From contig NZ_LOCN01000024.1 in assembly GCF_001574435.1 (NCBI RefSeq), forward strand, positions 130,793 through 162,792: a stretch of 32,000 nt of DNA. Direction: 5' to 3'. Numbering within the stretch: position 1 is the first letter of the stretch; each line of letters begins with the position of its first letter. The notes beneath the pieces were generated by a model, which saw only the letters and a list, made by a program, of their open reading frames with translations, was not told where the DNA came from and ran no database searches. Positions 26,246 to 32,000 of this stretch are shown here, piece after piece. Both the position numbers and the translations under genes were made by a program. Origin of the DNA: Moritella sp. JT01 (GTDB taxonomy: Bacteria > Pseudomonadota > Gammaproteobacteria > Enterobacterales > Moritellaceae).

Positions 26246-26269
26246 ATATGAGTACGTAAGTATTCATAT
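26246..26269 (+). promoter_or_regulatory. Stem-loop with a GNRA tetraloop in the infC-rpmI spacer
   Basis: ATATGAGTAC (26246-26255) pairs with GTATTCATAT (26260-26269). That is 10 bp including one G-U pair, with a GUAA loop. Confidence 0.4.
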
Positions 26270-26313
26270 TCGCCTTACTGTTATTCATTAATATTCAACA
26301 ATGCGGAGTTATA

Positions 26314-26508
26314 ATGCCTAAGTTGAAATCGAATAAAGGCGCTGCAAAGCGCTTTAAGAAAACCGCTAATGGTTTTAAACGCAAACAGTCTCACCTACGT
26401 CATATTTTGACCAAGAAGAGCACTAAACGTAAACGTCACCTTCGTGGTACGGAAATGGTTGCAAAGTGCGATGTTGCATCCGTTAAACGTATGCTTCCAT
26501 ACGCTTAA
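26314..26508 (+). CDS. rpmI: 50S ribosomal protein L35
   Basis: 64 aa, [35 protein letters not shown]. Conserved position after infC. Confidence 0.97.
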   Translation: MPKLKSNKGAAKRFKKTANGFKRKQSHLRHILTKKSTKRKRHLRGTEMVAKCDVASVKRMLPYA

Positions 26509-26535
26509 TTTTAGATATAAAAGAGGAAAATAGTT

Positions 26536-26892
26536 ATGCCTAGAGTTAAACGCGGTGTTGTTGCACGTGCTCGTCATAAGAAAGTTTTAAAACAAGCTAA
26601 AGGTTATTACGGAGCTCGTTCACGAGTTTACCGTGTTGCTTTCCAAGCAGTTACAAAAGCTGGTCAATATGCTTACCGTGACCGTCGTCAACGTAAACGT
26701 CAATTCCGTCAATTATGGATTACACGTATTAACGCTGCTGCACGTCAAAATGGTATGTCTTACAGCCGTTTCATTAATGGCCTTAAACACGCCTCTATTG
26801 AAATCGATCGTAAGATCTTAGCAGACATTGCTGTATTCGATAAAGCGGCATTTACTGTACTAGTAAATAAAGCAAAAGAAGCAGTTGCTTAA
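26536..26892 (+). CDS. rplT: 50S ribosomal protein L20
   Basis: 118 aa, [35 protein letters not shown]. Confidence 0.97.
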   Translation: MPRVKRGVVARARHKKVLKQAKGYYGARSRVYRVAFQAVTKAGQYAYRDRRQRKRQFRQLWITRINAAARQNGMSYSRFINGLKHASIEIDRKILADIAVFDKAAFTVLVNKAKEAVA

Positions 26893-26919
26893 TTTTAATT
26901 AATTAAGTAAATGTTATTG

Positions 26920-26943
26920 AAGGAGGCCTCGGCCTCCTTTTTT
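26920..26943 (+). terminator. Rho-independent terminator after rplT
   Basis: AAGGAGGCC pairs with GGCCTCCTT and is followed by a T run (GAAGGAGGCCTCGGCCTCCTTTTTTAG). Confidence 0.85.
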
Positions 26944-27067
26944 AGTATTTGGCATAATAACGAAAATTATACCTATAAATAATTAATACTCTTGCCTTAT
27001 AAAATAGTTATAAACGCCTGTCCACACTGCCTCCTATATACTTGCATAATCCTTTTCTGTAATATCA

Positions 27068-29998
27068 ATGACTCAATTTAAAATAATTCTGAGACTGATA
27101 TTAAAATTTATGCATTCTTTATTGTCTTTACTATTTTTTATCACTTTTAGTCTACACGCCACTTTTGTACAAGCAGAAGGCGTTGTTATTGATTCTGACT
27201 TTAAGGTTGGCCGTCTTGGTACATCAACAAAGTATTTTGAAGATAAAACCAATTCATATACATTTGATTATTTGTCACAAAGACAATCTGCTATTCCATG
27301 GGTTAAAACTAATCAAACTCATTTTAATTTTGGTTTTTCAGATAGCACATTTTGGTTTAAGGGTGAAATAGTTAATAAAACGAACGTTGATAAATACCTG
27401 ATTATTGATTTTGGTGATTCGCTGTTAGATCAAATAGATCTTTATTTGATGCATGAAAATGGACCGTTGGTTGTAAAAAGACTCGGTACGCGTCGTTTGG
27501 GTGAGGACAATATGTCTAAACTTACATTCGCTACGGGTTTTAAGGTTGAAGCGGGTGAAAGAGTGAGTTACTTCATTCGAATTAAAACAAGTGCCTTTTT
27601 ACAAACCCCTCTCACGATCCGGAATGCGAACGATTTCATTGACGAACAATCACAACATAAATTAATGGTTGGTATGTTTACTGGCCTATTTTTAATGATG
27701 GTATGTTATCTAATATTTTTATATATTCACCTGCGTGAACCACGATTAATCCAATATGTTGTATTTATCATGTGTTATCTCTCTGTTATATGGATTTTAG
27801 AAGGTTTTGGCTTTGTTTATAATGTAAGTTTTATAGCTCATTATTATGATTCAATAATCGTGATATTAATGGGTATGATTGGTTTAAACTTGAGTTTATT
27901 TGCACGGCAATTATTAAAGTTAAGATACCGTTCTTGGTTTTCGGTATCGACAAAAACACTCATCTTTTTCTCGACGGTTGTTATTTCAAGTCCAGTATTA
28001 TTTTCATTTAAAACCGGCATCATATTGATGTCTATTTTGGCCTTTGGCATTACATTGTTGTCGATTGTTTGTGGTTTATTTTTTATCCGTAATGAATCTA
28101 AAGATGTTCGTTTTTATGTGCTGTCATTGGTGTATTTTATACTTGGTATTGATATTCACATATTAACCCGTTTCGGGTTGCTTGGTCAGAATGAGTTTAC
28201 GGATTATATCTCGGCATTTTCGGCTTTAATCGTATTGGTTTATTTATGTTGGAATTTTGCAAAGCAAATGGCGCATGACCGGATTGTAAAAAAAGATGTC
28301 GAAAAGCAAATGACATCAGCCAATGAGCGTTATTACAACGTATTTCAAAATGCAGCCGAGGGTATGTTTACGACTTCACTTGAAGGGGACATATTAGCGA
28401 TTAATAAATCAATGTGCAGATTACTCGGTTTTATTAATTTAGAGGACATGGAAAAGTCAGGAAATCTAACCGCAGATGAGTTTTATGCAGACCCTGACTT
28501 GCGTGAGAAGATAATAGAGAAACTTCGTATTGAAGGTGAAATAAATAGCATTGAGATGTCTGGTTATGACCGTTATGGTGAAATATTCCACGGTGAAATC
28601 AATATGCGTCTAAATATACAAGCGGATATAACAGTCATAGATGGTTCATTTGTCAATACGACAAAACGTAAGCAACATGAAATAAAATTGGCGTCTATTG
28701 CTAAATATGATCAGTTGACAGGGCTTGTGAATCGTATTCATTTTGAAAAATTGGTGGGTGTATCTTTAGAAAGTAAGTGTTCGGTATTAGAAGACAATAT
28801 TTTACTTTATTTAGACCTAGATCAGTTTAAATTAGTCAATGATATTTGCGGGCATGATGTGGGTGATTCATTATTGAAAAAAATCACTGTGGTTTTAAAA
28901 TCATTCCTTGATGCCAATGCAATATTGGCACGATTGGGTGGTGATGAATTTGGTATTCTGCTTAACAAGACGAACTTTGATAGTGCGTTAGAAACTGCAG
29001 ACACCATTCGCTGTGGTATTGAAAAATTTAGGTTTACACATAATGGTCGACATTTTGTGTTAGGTGTCAGCATTGGTGTTGTCACTTTAGATGAGTCAAT
29101 TGAAAATTTTTCACAAGCATTGAGTCTTGCTGATACAGCGTGTTTTACAGCAAAAGAGCAAGGACGTAATCGCGTTCATGTGTACAGTAAAAGTAATGAT
29201 GTAATGCTTGGTCATCAACGTGAAATGCGTTGGATCGGAGTATTACGAGAGGCGTTAGATGCAGATAGATTCGAGCTTGCGTTTCAAACTATCAAGCCTT
29301 TATCTCCTTCTGTTAATGAGGGCTATCGTTATGAAATTTTACTTAGGTTAAGAGATGAGCAAGGTATTTTACAATCACCAAGTGAGTTTATTGCCGCCGC
29401 TGAAAATTATAATTTTATGTCGCAGCTTGATCGTTGGGTTGTTAAAACGTACTGCCAATGGTTATCATCTAACCCTAAACATCTCGAACTTCTTACTTCA
29501 GCTTCAATTAATTTATGCGGACAATCTTTAGTTGATCGCAGTATGCATACCTATATAGAAAAAACAATTTCGGACTATGGCATCCCCCCTGAAAAACTGT
29601 GTTTTGAAATTACAGAAAGTCAGGCAATTATGGACTTTGATCGAACAATACTGTTTATGAACAAGTTTAAAGATTTGGGTTGCCGTTTTAGTTTGGACGA
29701 TTTTGGTAGTGGGTTTTCTTCATACAGTTATATTAAACGATTGCCAATTGATCAACTTAAAATTGATGGTTCATTTGTTAAAAATATTGAAACAGATCAT
29801 GTTGATTACACGATGGTTAAGTCATTTAATGAAATTGCAAAAGCGGTTAATATTAAAACGGTAGCTGAATATGTGGAAAATGAAAACATTAAAAATATCC
29901 TGTCAGGAATAGGGATTGATTATGTTCAAGGCTATTTAATAGCCAAACCTGCACTTTTAGTCGATTTAGTTGATATTGAGCACCTAGATTCTGCTTAA
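27068..29998 (+). CDS. Membrane sensor diguanylate cyclase/phosphodiesterase: periplasmic domain + 7 TM (7TMR-DISM-like) + PAS + GGDEF + EAL
   Basis: 976 aa. An N-terminal signal or TM segment, a periplasmic region of about 170 aa, then seven hydrophobic helices. PAS-like segment YYNVFQNAAEGMFTTSLEGDILAINKSM. Intact RLGGDEFGILL, with DANA at the usual RxxD I-site position. EAL domain with EILLR, NLCG, FEITES, DDFGSGFSSYSY, KIDGSFV, EYVENE and QGYLIAKP. Confidence 0.88.
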   Translation: MTQFKIILRLILKFMHSLLSLLFFITFSLHATFVQAEGVVIDSDFKVGRLGTSTKYFEDKTNSYTFDYLSQRQSAIPWVKTNQTHFNFGFSDSTFWFKGEIVNKTNVDKYLIIDFGDSLLDQIDLYLMHENGPLVVKRLGTRRLGEDNMSKLTFATGFKVEAGERVSYFIRIKTSAFLQTPLTIRNANDFIDEQSQHKLMVGMFTGLFLMMVCYLIFLYIHLREPRLIQYVVFIMCYLSVIWILEGFGFVYNVSFIAHYYDSIIVILMGMIGLNLSLFARQLLKLRYRSWFSVSTKTLIFFSTVVISSPVLFSFKTGIILMSILAFGITLLSIVCGLFFIRNESKDVRFYVLSLVYFILGIDIHILTRFGLLGQNEFTDYISAFSALIVLVYLCWNFAKQMAHDRIVKKDVEKQMTSANERYYNVFQNAAEGMFTTSLEGDILAINKSMCRLLGFINLEDMEKSGNLTADEFYADPDLREKIIEKLRIEGEINSIEMSGYDRYGEIFHGEINMRLNIQADITVIDGSFVNTTKRKQHEIKLASIAKYDQLTGLVNRIHFEKLVGVSLESKCSVLEDNILLYLDLDQFKLVNDICGHDVGDSLLKKITVVLKSFLDANAILARLGGDEFGILLNKTNFDSALETADTIRCGIEKFRFTHNGRHFVLGVSIGVVTLDESIENFSQALSLADTACFTAKEQGRNRVHVYSKSNDVMLGHQREMRWIGVLREALDADRFELAFQTIKPLSPSVNEGYRYEILLRLRDEQGILQSPSEFIAAAENYNFMSQLDRWVVKTYCQWLSSNPKHLELLTSASINLCGQSLVDRSMHTYIEKTISDYGIPPEKLCFEITESQAIMDFDRTILFMNKFKDLGCRFSLDDFGSGFSSYSYIKRLPIDQLKIDGSFVKNIETDHVDYTMVKSFNEIAKAVNIKTVAEYVENENIKNILSGIGIDYVQGYLIAKPALLVDLVDIEHLDSA

Positions 29999-30028
29999 GT
30001 ACTAGCACTTCGGCTTACTTTTGAGTAA

Positions 30029-31072
<1,044 letters not shown>

Positions 31073-31086
31073 GATAGGACTCAATA

Positions 31087-32000
31087 ATGAAATTCAGTAA
31101 TGAATGGTTACAAACTTGGGTTAAACCAGGTCTTACAAATGAAGAGCTAGCTCATCAAATCACGATGGCTGGTCTTGAAGTTGACGGTATTGACGCTGTT
31201 GCGGGTGATTTTACTGGTATCGTTGTGGGTCACGTTGTTGAATGTGGTCAACACCCAGATGCAGATAAATTACAAGTAACTAAAATTGATATTGGTGCAG
31301 AAGAGTTAATTGATATCGTATGTGGTGCAGCTAACTGCCGTGAAGGACTAAAAGTTGCGGTTGCAACCGTTGGTGCTGTATTACCTGGCGATTTCAAAAT
31401 TAAAAAAGCAAAACTACGTGGTCAACCATCACACGGTATGCTTTGTTCTGAGTCTGAAATGGGAATGGCTGAATCAGCAGATGGTATCATTGAATTACCA
31501 GCTGATGCAGTACCGGGTACTTGTATCCGCGAATGCCTTGGTCTTGATGATGTTACGATCGAAGTTGATCTAACACCTAACCGTGCTGATTGTCTAAGTA
31601 TCGCAGGTATTGCTCGTGAAGTCGGTGTTTTAAACAACATTGCTGTAACGGCACCTGAATGGACAAATGCAACGGAAACAAGTTCTGAAACAGTAAGTGT
31701 TTCTGTAGACGCAACAGCACTGTGTCCTCGTTACCTTGGTCGTGTGATCAGCAACTTAGATGTGACGGCGAAAACGCCTTTATGGATGGTAGAGCGCCTA
31801 CGCCGTTGTGGTACTCGTTCAATTGATCCAATCGTTGACGTTACTAACTATGTATTGTTAGAACTAGGTCAACCAATGCATGCATTTGACTTAGCGACTT
31901 TAACGGGTGGTATTAATGTTCGTCTTGCAAACCAAGATGAAAAATTAACACTACTTGACGGTAATGAAGTTAAGCTAAATGACAATACACTTGTTATTGC
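31087..32000 (+). CDS. pheT: Phenylalanine--tRNA ligase beta subunit (N-terminal part; continues past the right edge)
   Basis: Absent from the track because it has no stop in the window. ATG 31087 gives [70 protein letters not shown]. This is collinear with E. coli PheT as I recall it. It lies 14 nt after the pheS stop. Confidence 0.93.
   Translation, partial: MKFSNEWLQTWVKPGLTNEELAHQITMAGLEVDGIDAVAGDFTGIVVGHVVECGQHPDADKLQVTKIDIGAEELIDIVCGAANCREGLKVAVATVGAVLPGDFKIKKAKLRGQPSHGMLCSESEMGMAESADGIIELPADAVPGTCIRECLGLDDVTIEVDLTPNRADCLSIAGIAREVGVLNNIAVTAPEWTNATETSSETVSVSVDATALCPRYLGRVISNLDVTAKTPLWMVERLRRCGTRSIDPIVDVTNYVLLELGQPMHAFDLATLTGGINVRLANQDEKLTLLDGNEVKLNDNTLVI

Noticed and set aside
24354-26821. 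Small ORFs on either strand overlapping thrS, infC, rpmI and rplT (for example 25285..25731, 25707..25895, 26013..26288, 26633..26821)
   Set aside because: They overlap universally conserved translation genes and are out-of-frame or antisense artefacts.
27165-29085. Small ORFs within the GGDEF-EAL gene (27165..27371, 27844..28050, 28822..29085)
   Set aside because: They are internal alternative-frame or antisense ORFs of a 976-aa gene with a clear domain order.
31355-31640. ORFs 31355..31573 (+) and 31422..31640 (-)
   Set aside because: Both lie inside pheT, whose own frame (from 31087) matches the PheT N-terminus. pheT is missing from the track only because it has no stop in the window.

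Overview
AT-rich chromosomal window, probably from a marine gammaproteobacterium (Alteromonadales/Vibrionales-like; inferred from gene content only). No rRNA, tRNA, CRISPR array, transposase or integrase was seen. Layout, left to right: (1) a partial secreted beta-lactamase-family serine hydrolase on the minus strand. (2) A split type VI secretion module, clpV-hcp-vgrG-PAAR, followed by two translationally coupled unknown genes (a helical-repeat protein and a degenerate thiolase-fold protein). No baseplate, sheath or membrane-complex genes and no recognisable toxin/immunity pair are in the window. (3) A short decayed junction with a 23-bp tandem duplication and an RDD-family gene remnant. (4) An ExeM/NucH-type extracellular nuclease with a GlyGly-CTERM anchor and a (DQP)5 repeat. 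(5) An RhlE-like DEAD-box helicase. (6) The most unusual part: a tightly packed five-gene minus-strand operon. It encodes an outer-membrane barrel protein, a TPR lipoprotein, a FliF-C-terminal/FliG-like fusion protein, and a MotA-like/MotB-like stator pair, with no other flagellar genes nearby. I read it as a candidate undescribed ion-driven envelope machine. (7) An AlaX-like editing protein, an MFS efflux pump, the AlaE alanine exporter and a Cys-rich DUF2797-like protein. (8) The conserved thrS-infC-rpmI-rplT-pheS-pheT translation cluster. It shows an anticodon-mimic hairpin before thrS and an ATA start for infC overlapping the thrS stop. A 976-aa 7TM-sensor GGDEF-EAL gene sits between rplT and pheS, where E. 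coli has the pheM leader. All calls come from reading the sequence and the ORF track. No database searches were run.
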